This document shows, piece after piece, positions 16,575 to 25,735 of a stretch of 32,159 nt of DNA; position 1 is the first letter of the stretch, and every line of letters begins with the position of its first letter. Position numbers and translations under genes: made by a program. Under the pieces are notes generated by a model. The model saw only the letters and a program-made list of their open reading frames with translations, was not told where the DNA came from and did not search any database. Where the stretch lies: the sequence record SRR2962707_1097, one strand, 5' to 3'.

Positions 16575-17366
16575 ATGGAACTAAAGGATAAAATTATCGT
16601 CGTCACCGGGGCCGCCAGCGGTATCGGCAAGGCGATGGCAATTCGTTTCGCTGCCGAGGGTGCCAAGAAAGTCGTCTGCGTCGATCTGAACAAAGACGGC
16701 GCGCAAGAGGTGGCGGACAGCATCGGCGGCGTAGCGTTTGGCGTCAATGTCGGTGTCGAGCAAGAGATCGCGGACATGATCGAAGCGGTCGAGACTGATA
16801 TCGGCCCCATCGATTTGTTCTGCTCGAACGCGGGGATTTTGACGGCTGGCGGCATGGAAGTGTCTAATGATGATTGGCAGCGCATTTGGGATATCAACGT
16901 GATGTCCCATGTCTGGGCCGCGCGTCATCTGGTACCTCGCATGACCGAACGCGGGGGCGGCTATTTGCTGAACACCGCGTCGGCGGCAGGTCTGCTGAAC
17001 CAAGTTGGTTGTGCACCATACGGCGTGACCAAACACGCGGCTGTTGCCTTGGCCGAATGGCTGGCGATGACCCACGGTGATGACGGGATCAAGGTTTCGG
17101 TCTTGTGCCCCCAAGCGGTGCGCAGTGAAATGACCCGCGGTCACGAGGAATCTGTAGCGGCTCTGGATGGCATGTTAGAGCCTGAACCCGTCGCAGAAGC
17201 CTGCGTCGAGACGATCCGGAATGAGACGTTCCTTGTGCTTCCACACCCGCAGGTGTTGGATTACATGCGCAAGAAAACCGACAATTATGATCGTTGGATT
17301 GGCGGGATGCGCAAGCTGAACCGTCAGTTCGGGGACGTCCGCAACCCTAAGAAAGCGCCATCATGA
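16575..17366 (+). CDS. Short-chain dehydrogenase/reductase (NAD-preferring, Asp after beta-2)
   Basis: TGAASGIG, VCVD, SNAG, TASAAG, YGVTK and CPQAV. Confidence 0.9.
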   Translation: MELKDKIIVVTGAASGIGKAMAIRFAAEGAKKVVCVDLNKDGAQEVADSIGGVAFGVNVGVEQEIADMIEAVETDIGPIDLFCSNAGILTAGGMEVSNDDWQRIWDINVMSHVWAARHLVPRMTERGGGYLLNTASAAGLLNQVGCAPYGVTKHAAVALAEWLAMTHGDDGIKVSVLCPQAVRSEMTRGHEESVAALDGMLEPEPVAEACVETIRNETFLVLPHPQVLDYMRKKTDNYDRWIGGMRKLNRQFGDVRNPKKAPS

Positions 17367-17734
17367 TCGGATACACAACAGTCGGCACGACCGACATGGA
17401 ACGCGCCAAAAAGTTCTATTGCGATCTGTTCGACAGCAAAGGTGCCAAGGTTCTCGTCGATGCGGGACGTATTGCCATGATCGGCACCGGGCGCGGCACC
17501 CCGATGATCGCGGTTTGTGAGCCCTACAACAAAGAGGCCCCCACCCCCGGCAACGGTGTGATGGTGGCCTTTACCGCCGAGACAAAACCGGAAGTCGATG
17601 AGATCTATGCCCGCGCGATTGAGCTGGGGGCGACCTGCGACGGCCCTCCGGGACAGCGGGTGCCAGATCGTTTCTATGGTGCCTATGTCCGCGACCATGA
17701 CGGCAACAAGCTGTGCTTTTTCAAGTTTGCCTGA
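17363..17734 (+). CDS. VOC / glyoxalase-bleomycin resistance family protein
   Basis: MIGY.TVGT.D..RA..FY, GNGVMVAF, GATCDGPPG.R and FYGAYVRD.DGNKL. ATGA overlap with the SDR gene. Confidence 0.88.
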   Translation: MIGYTTVGTTDMERAKKFYCDLFDSKGAKVLVDAGRIAMIGTGRGTPMIAVCEPYNKEAPTPGNGVMVAFTAETKPEVDEIYARAIELGATCDGPPGQRVPDRFYGAYVRDHDGNKLCFFKFA

Positions 17735-17743
17735 CCTAAAACG

Positions 17744-17770
17744 CTGCCGTCCGCATCATGCGGGCGGCAG
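17744..17770. terminator. 12-bp hairpin CTGCCGTCCGCA-TCA-TGCGGGCGGCAG between the convergent operons; probable bidirectional terminator
   Basis: One non-Watson-Crick pair. On the minus strand it is followed by CGTTTT. The loop is the TGA stop of the amidohydrolase gene. Confidence 0.65.
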
Positions 17771-18811
17771 ATTATAGACGCGCCGCGCCGTACCCGAAAA
17801 CAGCGCCGTCTTTTCCGCCTCGCTTAGATGCGCAGATAATTTCTTGAACGCGTTCCATAGCACAGGATAGCTGACAGCGGTCCGGTCCACGGGAAAGTTG
17901 CTTTCGAACATGCAACGGCTTGGCCCGAATACTTCCAACATATGCGCATACCACTTGCCCTGCACGTCGACGATCTCGTCTGATGATGGCGGCAGATCGC
18001 GGTGCATATAACCAAACCCGTTGTCCGGCATGCACAGACCGCCCAGCTTAGCCATCACATTGGGGCGTTCAGCCAGCTCGGCCATGTGGTCTTTCCAAGC
18101 CGCGAAAATCTCGTCGCGCTTGCCCTCGAACCGGCCAACGCCCAAGGGTGTGCCAAAATGGTCAAGGATCAGCGTCGTGCCGGGAACAGCGCGGGCCAGA
18201 TCAAGGAATTCCTGATGCTGGTGGTGGTAATGCCAACTGTCCAGCGTCAGCCCGCGTTCACCCAAGATCGCCGCGCCGCGTCTGAAATCAGGGTCGCCAT
18301 ATTGGTTCGGCACACCGCGCCCCGGAATGGCAAGGCTGGCAGGTTCCGGATCGCGCGCGCCGGAATTTCGGATGCCTTTAAACAGGCCTTGGCCTGCGTC
18401 CTCATGGGCATCCAATGCCTCGTGCAGCAGCGCGGGGTCGAGCACGAGTTCGGTCTGTCCGATGATACCTGCAATCTTGGCCTGCCCGACACCAGCAGTC
18501 GCCGCCATCTGCGTAACTTCACGTGTTTCAGCGACCGATTGCAGATGCGCGGGCGCGTCCAAATCCCAGTAGGACCGGCATTCGATGTACATTGTCTGTA
18601 CAACATTATGCCCCGATCCGGTATCACGCCACAGCGCGTCCATCTCGTAGATCGCAGGGTTTTCATCGGTGCCGTGCCGCCACAGGTGATGGTGCGGATC
18701 GACGATTTCACGGTCAGGGTCGATGATAGGTTCCTTGACCAACCCCAGCCAATCGTCACGCAATTCGATACCGGGGTGCCATCCCGGATAGCGGCCACCG
18801 GTCTGGGTCAT
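17756..18811 (-). CDS. Amidohydrolase-2 family protein (lactonase-related, LigI/L-fuconolactonase-like fold)
   Basis: IVDPHHHLW, FKGIR, LILDHFGTP, KLGG, RCMFESNFPVD and LFSGTARRVY. Confidence 0.8.
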   Translation of the reverse strand: MTQTGGRYPGWHPGIELRDDWLGLVKEPIIDPDREIVDPHHHLWRHGTDENPAIYEMDALWRDTGSGHNVVQTMYIECRSYWDLDAPAHLQSVAETREVTQMAATAGVGQAKIAGIIGQTELVLDPALLHEALDAHEDAGQGLFKGIRNSGARDPEPASLAIPGRGVPNQYGDPDFRRGAAILGERGLTLDSWHYHHQHQEFLDLARAVPGTTLILDHFGTPLGVGRFEGKRDEIFAAWKDHMAELAERPNVMAKLGGLCMPDNGFGYMHRDLPPSSDEIVDVQGKWYAHMLEVFGPSRCMFESNFPVDRTAVSYPVLWNAFKKLSAHLSEAEKTALFSGTARRVYNLPPA

Positions 18812-19683
18812 CAGGTCTCTTTCTTTTTATAGGGGCGCATCAGGCCTTCTTGGGCCGTGCTGGCCGCCAACTGGCCATTTTGGTTGTAGATCAACCCGCG
18901 GTTAAAGCCGCGTGCTCCGCCCGTGAACGGCGCATCAAGTTCGTAAAGATGCCAGTCGGAAAAATCGATGGGTGCGTGAAACCACATGGCGTGGTCCAGG
19001 CTGGCCGTCATCACCTTGCCCTGGAACCACGTCAGCCCGTGCGGGCGGAGCGACGACCCCAGCAGGTTCATATCTGACGCATACGCCAACAAACATTGCT
19101 GCATGATCGGGGACTGGCCCTTGGCCGCTTCCATACGGAACCAAAGATAGTTTTTGTCGGACGTCTTTTCAGGCTCGAATAGATCGCGCGGATCGACTTC
19201 GCGGATTTCGATGGGGCGTTCGCGCAGAAAATCATCGCGGTGCTTTTCGGGGATCTTCTGAATATAAGGTTCGCGCAGGTCTGGCCGATCCAGCCAATGT
19301 TCGGGGCCTTTCACATCGGGCATCTGATGCTGATAGTCCCAGCCATCTTCTTCCACATGAAAGGACGCAGACAGGTTGAAAATCTGTTTGCCGTGCTGGA
19401 TCGCGACAACCCGTCGGGTGGTGAAACTGCCACCATCACGGGCACGGTCGACCTGATAGATCACCGGAATAGACGGATCACCGGGGCGAATGAAATAGGC
19501 GTGCAGCGAATGGCACATCCGGTCGGGCACCGTGCGATAGGCGGCCATCAGCGCCTGCGCGATGACATGCCCGCCAAAGATACGCGTGGTGGTTTCCCCG
19601 CCTGATCCGATGCCACGGAACAGATCGACCTCTAGCTGTTCAATGTCGAGCAGTTCAAGCAGTTGGCGGGCTACGTCTGTCAT
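18811..19683 (-). CDS. tesB: Acyl-CoA thioesterase II
   Basis: FGGHVIAQAL.AA, HSLHAYF, RDGGSFTTRRV.A.Q.G, AYASD, ASLDHAMWFH and QEGLMR. Confidence 0.92.
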   Translation of the reverse strand: MTDVARQLLELLDIEQLEVDLFRGIGSGGETTTRIFGGHVIAQALMAAYRTVPDRMCHSLHAYFIRPGDPSIPVIYQVDRARDGGSFTTRRVVAIQHGKQIFNLSASFHVEEDGWDYQHQMPDVKGPEHWLDRPDLREPYIQKIPEKHRDDFLRERPIEIREVDPRDLFEPEKTSDKNYLWFRMEAAKGQSPIMQQCLLAYASDMNLLGSSLRPHGLTWFQGKVMTASLDHAMWFHAPIDFSDWHLYELDAPFTGGARGFNRGLIYNQNGQLAASTAQEGLMRPYKKKET

Positions 19684-19686
19684 GGG

Positions 19687-21645
19687 TTAGTCCTTTTGGG
19701 TCGCCCGTTTTGCGGCATAGGCGATATAGAAATCAAAGCTGTCCGGGTTGGCCATTGAATCGCGGTTCACGACCTTTTCGGGATCTTGCCCAAGCAACAG
19801 TTTTTTCACCGGAACCTCAAGCTTTTTGCCCGAAAGGGTGCGGGGTACTTCTGCGACCTCGATAATCTCGTTTGGAATGAAACGGGCGGATACGTTTTTG
19901 CGAATTGCTGCGTTGATCTTGTCCTTAAGCGCATCATCCACTGGCACGCCTTGGGCAGGAACGACAAACAGCGGCATAAAGCTTTCGCGGCCCAAGAATT
20001 CGAGATCGACGACAAGGCTGTCCATCACCTCGTCCAGACCTTCGACGGCTTGATAGATTTCGGCACTGCCAAGGCGCAGACCCTTGCGGTTGATCGTGGC
20101 ATCCGACCGGCCATAAATCACCGATCCGCCATCGGCGTTAATCTCGATCCAGTCGCCGTGGCGCCAGATGCCGGGATAGGTATCAAAATAGCTGTCGTGC
20201 AGGCGGCTGCCATCGTCGTCACCCCAGAAGAACAACGGCATTGACGGGAGCGGTTCGGTACAAACCAGTTCGCCGACGACGCCGGTCAATTCATTGCCGT
20301 CTTCGTCATAGGCCCGCACCGCATTGCCAAGCGCGCGACACTGCATTTCGCCGGCGCGCACAGGCATGCCCGGATGGCCCAGAACAAACGCCCCCGCCAG
20401 ATCGGTGCCGCCCGAAATCGGTGCAAGCCAGAGGTCTTCGTTAACGTCGCGGTAAATCCAGTCATAGGCGTCAGAACTGAGCGGTGACCCTGTCGAGCCG
20501 AGCGATTTCAGTGCGCTTAGATCAACGTCTTCTCGCGGTTTGATACCCGCCTTCATACAGCCGCTGAAAAACGCGGCCCCTGCGCCAAAGAAATCCAGCT
20601 TTTCATCCGCAACGAACCGCCAGATCACCCCCATATCGGGATAGTTCGGTGCCCCATCAAACATCGCGACAGTGGTACCTTGGCCAAGGGCGGTGAACTG
20701 CGAATTCCACATGATCCAACCGGATGATGTGAGCCAGCAATAGCGCCCGCCGCGTTTGAAATCATGGTGCAGCGATTGTTTGGCCGATTCCAGAATGATC
20801 CCGCCATGGCCATGCACGATGGGTTTCGGGTTGCCCGTGGTCCCCGACGAATAGACGATCCAAAGCGGATGATCGAAGGGCACTTGGGTCGAGGTATAAT
20901 CGACCTTGTCATGCAGCAGATCATCCCACGCGATATGTCCCGCTGGCAGGTCGCCGACAAATGGCACTGTCACGCATTGGATCAGGCTGGGCAACTCGGA
21001 CTCGATCCCCGCCAAAATTTCGCGGCGGTCGATGGTTTTACCCGCGTGAACATAGCCGTCTTGGGCGATCAGCACTTTGGGTTCGATCTGTTTGAATCGG
21101 TCAAGGATCGCAACATGGCCCATATCAGGTGCGCATAGGGACCAGATCGCGCCGATGCTGGCCGTCGCAAGAAAGGCGATCATCGCAGTTTCGGTATTGG
21201 GCAGTACGGCAACCACGCGGTCGCCTTTTTCGACGCCCATGCCGCGCAAACGCGCAGCAACACTGGCCACCTGCGCGCGCAGGTCGGCCCATGACAATAC
21301 CTTGCGGCCAAAGGTTTCGGATTGCACGATCAGCGCGTCCCCGTCGGGCTGGCTGTCCACATGTTTCATGATCTGGTCGGTGAAATTCAGCATCGCGCCG
21401 GGGCACCATTCGGCATCGGGCATCTGACGTTTTGCCATCACTTTGGTGTAGGGCGCGCTGGCCTGAACGTCGAAAAACTCCCAGATAGCACCCCAAAAGG
21501 CATCCAGATCATCGACGCTCCACCGCCACATGGCGTTGTAATCGTCAAAGCCAAGCCCCTTGGTATCTTTCAAGAACCTTTCGAACCCGGCCATGGTTGA
21601 TGCGTCATAGCGGTCATTCGCTGGTTCCCACAAGATTTCGTTCAT
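19687..21645 (-). CDS. Acetoacetate--CoA ligase family (AACS/AcsA2-type)
   Basis: YSSGTTGNPKPIVHGHGG, GWIMWN, STGSPL, ISGGTD, WRHGDW, GRSDATINR.G.R.G and SGKKLEVPVKK. Start at ATG 21645 (ATGA overlap with the upstream gene). Confidence 0.9.
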   Translation of the reverse strand: MNEILWEPANDRYDASTMAGFERFLKDTKGLGFDDYNAMWRWSVDDLDAFWGAIWEFFDVQASAPYTKVMAKRQMPDAEWCPGAMLNFTDQIMKHVDSQPDGDALIVQSETFGRKVLSWADLRAQVASVAARLRGMGVEKGDRVVAVLPNTETAMIAFLATASIGAIWSLCAPDMGHVAILDRFKQIEPKVLIAQDGYVHAGKTIDRREILAGIESELPSLIQCVTVPFVGDLPAGHIAWDDLLHDKVDYTSTQVPFDHPLWIVYSSGTTGNPKPIVHGHGGIILESAKQSLHHDFKRGGRYCWLTSSGWIMWNSQFTALGQGTTVAMFDGAPNYPDMGVIWRFVADEKLDFFGAGAAFFSGCMKAGIKPREDVDLSALKSLGSTGSPLSSDAYDWIYRDVNEDLWLAPISGGTDLAGAFVLGHPGMPVRAGEMQCRALGNAVRAYDEDGNELTGVVGELVCTEPLPSMPLFFWGDDDGSRLHDSYFDTYPGIWRHGDWIEINADGGSVIYGRSDATINRKGLRLGSAEIYQAVEGLDEVMDSLVVDLEFLGRESFMPLFVVPAQGVPVDDALKDKINAAIRKNVSARFIPNEIIEVAEVPRTLSGKKLEVPVKKLLLGQDPEKVVNRDSMANPDSFDFYIAYAAKRATQKD

Positions 21646-22844
21646 GTCATTGCTCCGTGGATCAGCGCCTTGAGTTGCGGGCGCGCAGGATAGGAACTGG
21701 ACGGTGCCAGTTGCGTGAAAAAGACGACGGATAGATCCAGCACCGGATCGACCCAAAAGAAGGTTGAGGCCATGCCGCCCCAGCTGAAATCACCGACGCT
21801 GGACGGCACGCGCACGCGACCCGGGTCCAGCACAACGGCCCCGCCAAGGCCAAAGCCCATCCCTTCCATCGGTTGTTCGGCAAAGCTGGCCGGGCCCATC
21901 GATGCAATGTCGCCGGGCAAGTGGTTGCGCATCATAAAGTCGAGCGTTCTGGGCGAGATTAGCCCTGCCCCGCCGGTGCGCAGCATTTCGGTAAACTTGA
22001 GGTAATCATCAATTGTGCCAACCAATCCACCACCACCCGAATGCATTTGCGCATTCAGAAAAGGAGATCCTTCGGGCCGATCAACGCAGCGCAGCGTCGG
22101 CTCTGCCGGTTTCGCTTCGTTCATGGCGTAGGCACTGCCGGCAAGCGGCGTATAGAGCGCGGCAAATCGGTCTTCGGTGCCTTTAGGTACAGAAAACCGT
22201 GTCTCGTCCATGTTCAATGGCCCAAGGATTTCATCAACCAAGAACTGTTCAAGCGTCTTGCCCGATACCACCTCGACCACGCGGCCCAGCACATCGATGC
22301 TGACCGAATATTCCCAGCGACTGCCGGGTTGGAACGCCAGCGGCAATTCGGCCAAGCGGTCGGTCATTTCGGCCAATGATCCCTGATCGGCGCGGAACAG
22401 AATATCGTGTTCATCCATCGCTTTGGCCAGCACACCTGGGTTGAACGGATAGCTTAGGCCCGATGTGTGTGTCAGCAGGTGGTGCAATGTTGGCGTCTGG
22501 CAAGGCTCGGCCTGGTCAATGCTGGTTGCCCCCGAAACAAGGCAGCGCATATCGGAAAAGGCGGGGATGAAATCGGACAATGGCGCATCAAGGTGAAACA
22601 ATCCGCGTTCGGCCAGCATCATAATCGCGACCGACGTGATCGGCTTGGTCATCGAATAGATGCGCGCAATCGTGTCGCGTTTAAACGGCTTCCCGGTCTC
22701 AACGTCGCGCTGGCCGGTCGCGTTAAAATACACCTCGCGGCCTGCCTCTGCGACCAAGACGGAACACCCCGCAAAGCGGTTGCGCGCCACATAGCTGTCC
22801 ATCCAGTCGCCAATGCGGCCCAATCTATTGCTATCAAAACCCAT
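21642..22844 (-). CDS. Serine hydrolase, beta-lactamase-like fold (family VIII esterase-like), no signal peptide
   Basis: YSMTK (SxxK), LLTHTSG, FQPG.RWEYS, SGGGGL and WGG. Confidence 0.88.
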   Translation of the reverse strand: MGFDSNRLGRIGDWMDSYVARNRFAGCSVLVAEAGREVYFNATGQRDVETGKPFKRDTIARIYSMTKPITSVAIMMLAERGLFHLDAPLSDFIPAFSDMRCLVSGATSIDQAEPCQTPTLHHLLTHTSGLSYPFNPGVLAKAMDEHDILFRADQGSLAEMTDRLAELPLAFQPGSRWEYSVSIDVLGRVVEVVSGKTLEQFLVDEILGPLNMDETRFSVPKGTEDRFAALYTPLAGSAYAMNEAKPAEPTLRCVDRPEGSPFLNAQMHSGGGGLVGTIDDYLKFTEMLRTGGAGLISPRTLDFMMRNHLPGDIASMGPASFAEQPMEGMGFGLGGAVVLDPGRVRVPSSVGDFSWGGMASTFFWVDPVLDLSVVFFTQLAPSSSYPARPQLKALIHGAMT

Positions 22845-22883
22845 AAAAAATCCTCCTAGGGCGCATCAGCGCCTCAGGAGGAT
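22845..22883 (-). promoter_or_regulatory. RBS-sequestering hairpin followed by U6 directly before the serine hydrolase start (terminator/attenuator-like)
   Basis: Minus-strand RNA reads AUCCUCCU-GA-GGCGC-UGAU-GCGCC-CU-AGGAGGA-UUUUUU-AUG. Confidence 0.65.
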
Positions 22884-22932
22884 GAGGCCGCCAATAGCGA
22901 CGTTTTTAAACTTACCTGAATTGCGCCGAGGA

Positions 22933-23637
22933 TCAGACCTCGAGCCATTCCTTGCGCACATCATCGCGGGCTTTGAGATCAGCGGGCGTACCTTCGAACA
23001 CAACCTGACCGTGGCCCATGACATAGACACGATCAGCAATATCCATCGCGATGGACAGCTTTTGTTCGACCAGCAATGTGGAAATGCCGCGGTTTGCGAT
23101 TTCTTTCAGCACTTCGGCAACCTTTTGAACCATCTGCGGGGAAAGCCCCTCGGTCGGTTCGTCAATCATCACCAGATCAGGGTCACCCATCAGCGTACGA
23201 CACATGGTCAACATCTGCTGTTCACCACCCGACAGAACCGACGCTTCGACGTCAGCACGACGATCAAGGTTTTCAAACATGTCGAACATCGCCTGCATCG
23301 ACCAACGGCCTGCGCCGTCCTTTTGGCCGGGTTTGAGGCCCAGCGTCAGGTTTTGCCGTGTAGTCAGGCCGGGAAAAATATCGCGGTTTTCAGGCACATA
23401 ACCGATGCCCATGTTGGCGATTTGAAACGCCTTCTTACCGGCGATTTCCTGACCCTGGAACTTGACCGATCCTTGCGGTTCGACTTCGCCCATGATGGCT
23501 TTGCAGGTGGTGGAACGGCCCACCCCGTTGCGGCCCAAAAGGGCGACGATCTCGCCCTCTTTTACGTTCAGGTTCACACCCTGAAGGATGTGAGATTTGC
23601 CATAATAGGCGTGCATATCGGTGACTTCGAGCATCAT
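22933..23637 (-). CDS. ABC transporter ATP-binding protein, LivF-like
   Basis: GRNGVGRST (variant Walker A), GYVPE.R.IF, LSGGEQQM, IDEPTEGL and VEQ. Confidence 0.92.
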   Translation of the reverse strand: MMLEVTDMHAYYGKSHILQGVNLNVKEGEIVALLGRNGVGRSTTCKAIMGEVEPQGSVKFQGQEIAGKKAFQIANMGIGYVPENRDIFPGLTTRQNLTLGLKPGQKDGAGRWSMQAMFDMFENLDRRADVEASVLSGGEQQMLTMCRTLMGDPDLVMIDEPTEGLSPQMVQKVAEVLKEIANRGISTLLVEQKLSIAMDIADRVYVMGHGQVVFEGTPADLKARDDVRKEWLEV

Positions 23638-24398
23638 TAGTGTTCTGCCTCCAATGCGGCGCCTAAGTAGGCTTCTTGAACGCGTGCGTCTGCGCGCACG
23701 TCTGCGGGTGCCCCGGTGGCGATGATTTCGCCGTAAACCAGCACCGAAATGCGGTCGGCCAGACCAAAGACCACGCCCATATCATGTTCAACCATTATCA
23801 GCGTTTTGCCCGCCGTCACCTTGAGGATCAGGTCGGTGATGTAATCCGTCTCGGTGTTGCTCATCCCTGCTGTAGGTTCATCAAGCATGATGACATCGGC
23901 ACCGCCAGCAATGGTAATCCCGATCTCGAGCGCGCGCTGTTCAGCATAGGACAACGTCCCGGCTGGCAGGTTGCGCCGTTCAAGCAGGTTGATCTGATCC
24001 AAAATGGCCTCGGCCCCTTCGGTCAGGTCACGCTTGCTGTTAACCAGATGCCAAAAGCTGTACTTGTACCCCTGCGCCCAAAGCAAAGCGCAGCGTACGT
24101 TTTCAAACACGGTCATCGCCGGAAAGATGTTGGTGATCTGGAAAGACCGGCTTAGGCCTTTGCGGTTGATCTGGAAGGGTTCCAGACCTGCCAGATTTTC
24201 ACCATGCAGCTTTACCGTCCCTGCCGTCGGTGCAAACCGCGCGGTGATCAGGTTGAACAGTGTCGATTTACCGGCCCCGTTCGGGCCGATGATGGCGTGA
24301 CGTTCGGCCTTACCGATGCTCAGATCAATGCCGCGAATAATCTCGGCCTTGCCAAAGCTTTTCTTGAGGCCGGTTAGTTCAAGGGCTGGTGTGCTCAT
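23637..24398 (-). CDS. ABC transporter ATP-binding protein, LivG-like
   Basis: GPNGAGKST, RSFQ, LDEPTAG, VEHDM and V.EAYLG. Start at ATG 24398 (ATGA overlap with the permease gene). Confidence 0.92.
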   Translation of the reverse strand: MSTPALELTGLKKSFGKAEIIRGIDLSIGKAERHAIIGPNGAGKSTLFNLITARFAPTAGTVKLHGENLAGLEPFQINRKGLSRSFQITNIFPAMTVFENVRCALLWAQGYKYSFWHLVNSKRDLTEGAEAILDQINLLERRNLPAGTLSYAEQRALEIGITIAGGADVIMLDEPTAGMSNTETDYITDLILKVTAGKTLIMVEHDMGVVFGLADRISVLVYGEIIATGAPADVRADARVQEAYLGAALEAEH

Positions 24399-25735
24399 GA
24401 CGCGCCTCCTGCTGTGTTTGCTTCGTTCCACGCTTCCTTAAGGGACGGTGCTGTGACCTTGGCGATGCCAAGCCCGATCACCGTAACGGCCCCTGCAATG
24501 ATCCATGGAAGAACTTCGTGGCTGTTAAATGTCGTCCAAAAGAGCGTCATTTCGACGTCACCGGTGGCTGCGTGCCTGAAATGGAATGTCATTTCAACCA
24601 AAGCCGCCAAGCCCAAGAGCCCAATCGCGCCCGGTAGCAACGTCTTGATATAAGGCATCACGAGACCACTGGCCTTGCCCAGCTTGAACGCGGGTACGTG
24701 CATCATGATCAGTCCGGCCAAACCGCCCGGAAAGAACATCACCGTCGCCACGAAAAGCGTACCTGCATAAAACGCCCACAGCTCTGTCGAGAGGCTGAGA
24801 ACCGTTTGCAGCAAGGTAAAGGCAATCGCACCGATAATCGGCCCGAAGAAGAAGCCAACGCCACCCAAGAAGGTCACCAACAAGATCACACCAGAGGATG
24901 CTGTGTTCAGGTTCTCTTCGGTCAGGATTTCATAGTTGATCGCGAACAGGCCCCCTGCAATGCCGCAGAAAAAGCCGGACGCGATGAAGCTATAGTAGCG
25001 GACCCACCGAGCAGAATATCCCAAGAACTGTGCCCGTTCCGGGTTATCGCGGACGGCGTTTGCCATACGGCCAACGGGTGTGCGGCTCCACAGGTACATA
25101 AGTGCTGCAGAAATCACGAGCCATGCGATGGTGAGGTAGTACACTTCGATCTGCTGAAGGAATTCGACACCAAAGAACGGTTGCGCGTAAGTACGGTCGC
25201 CGCTGATCCCTTCTTCGCCGCCAAAGAAGGCCACGATGATAACCGAACAGGCCGCGATCAGTTCACCCACCCCCAGCGAGATCATGGCGAACACTGTGCC
25301 CGCCGACCGCGTTGAAAACGAGCCAACAATCATCGCAAGGCCCATGCCGAACAAGCCACCAAAGACAGGCAGGATAACCAGTGGAATTGTTTCGAAGAAA
25401 TCCGACATGTTCATGATGTGCATACAGGCAAACCCGCCCACACCCGCATAAACCGCGTGACCAAAGGACAACATGCCCCCCTGCCCCAGCAGCATATTAT
25501 AGGCCAGCGCGAACACGATCGTGATCGACATCTGGTTCATAATTGTCAGCGTAGAGTTATTTGTGAAAAACATCGGCAAGAAGATCAGAACAACAGTCGC
25601 GATCACCCAAGGGGCCAGCGTCAGTGTCATGGAACCTGCCCGCATTCTTTCGGACGGGTTGGATGGATCAGTGGTAATCTGATCTTTCTCGCGCGCGCCT
25701 TCCGGAACGTCGTGTTTAGGGTCTGAAACTGTCAT
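24395..25735 (-). CDS. ABC transporter permease, LivM-like, with C-terminal extra TM segments
   Basis: YNMLLGQGGMLSFGHA, GGEEG, GR...AVRDNP.RA..LG and LGG...F.GPI.GA; hydrophobic. Confidence 0.9.
   Translation of the reverse strand: MTVSDPKHDVPEGAREKDQITTDPSNPSERMRAGSMTLTLAPWVIATVVLIFLPMFFTNNSTLTIMNQMSITIVFALAYNMLLGQGGMLSFGHAVYAGVGGFACMHIMNMSDFFETIPLVILPVFGGLFGMGLAMIVGSFSTRSAGTVFAMISLGVGELIAACSVIIVAFFGGEEGISGDRTYAQPFFGVEFLQQIEVYYLTIAWLVISAALMYLWSRTPVGRMANAVRDNPERAQFLGYSARWVRYYSFIASGFFCGIAGGLFAINYEILTEENLNTASSGVILLVTFLGGVGFFFGPIIGAIAFTLLQTVLSLSTELWAFYAGTLFVATVMFFPGGLAGLIMMHVPAFKLGKASGLVMPYIKTLLPGAIGLLGLAALVEMTFHFRHAATGDVEMTLFWTTFNSHEVLPWIIAGAVTVIGLGIAKVTAPSLKEAWNEANTAGGAS

Noticed and set aside
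21642-22844. Beta-lactamase / antibiotic resistance call
   Set aside because: No signal peptide, esterase-like motifs (WEYS, WGG) and a catabolic operon context.
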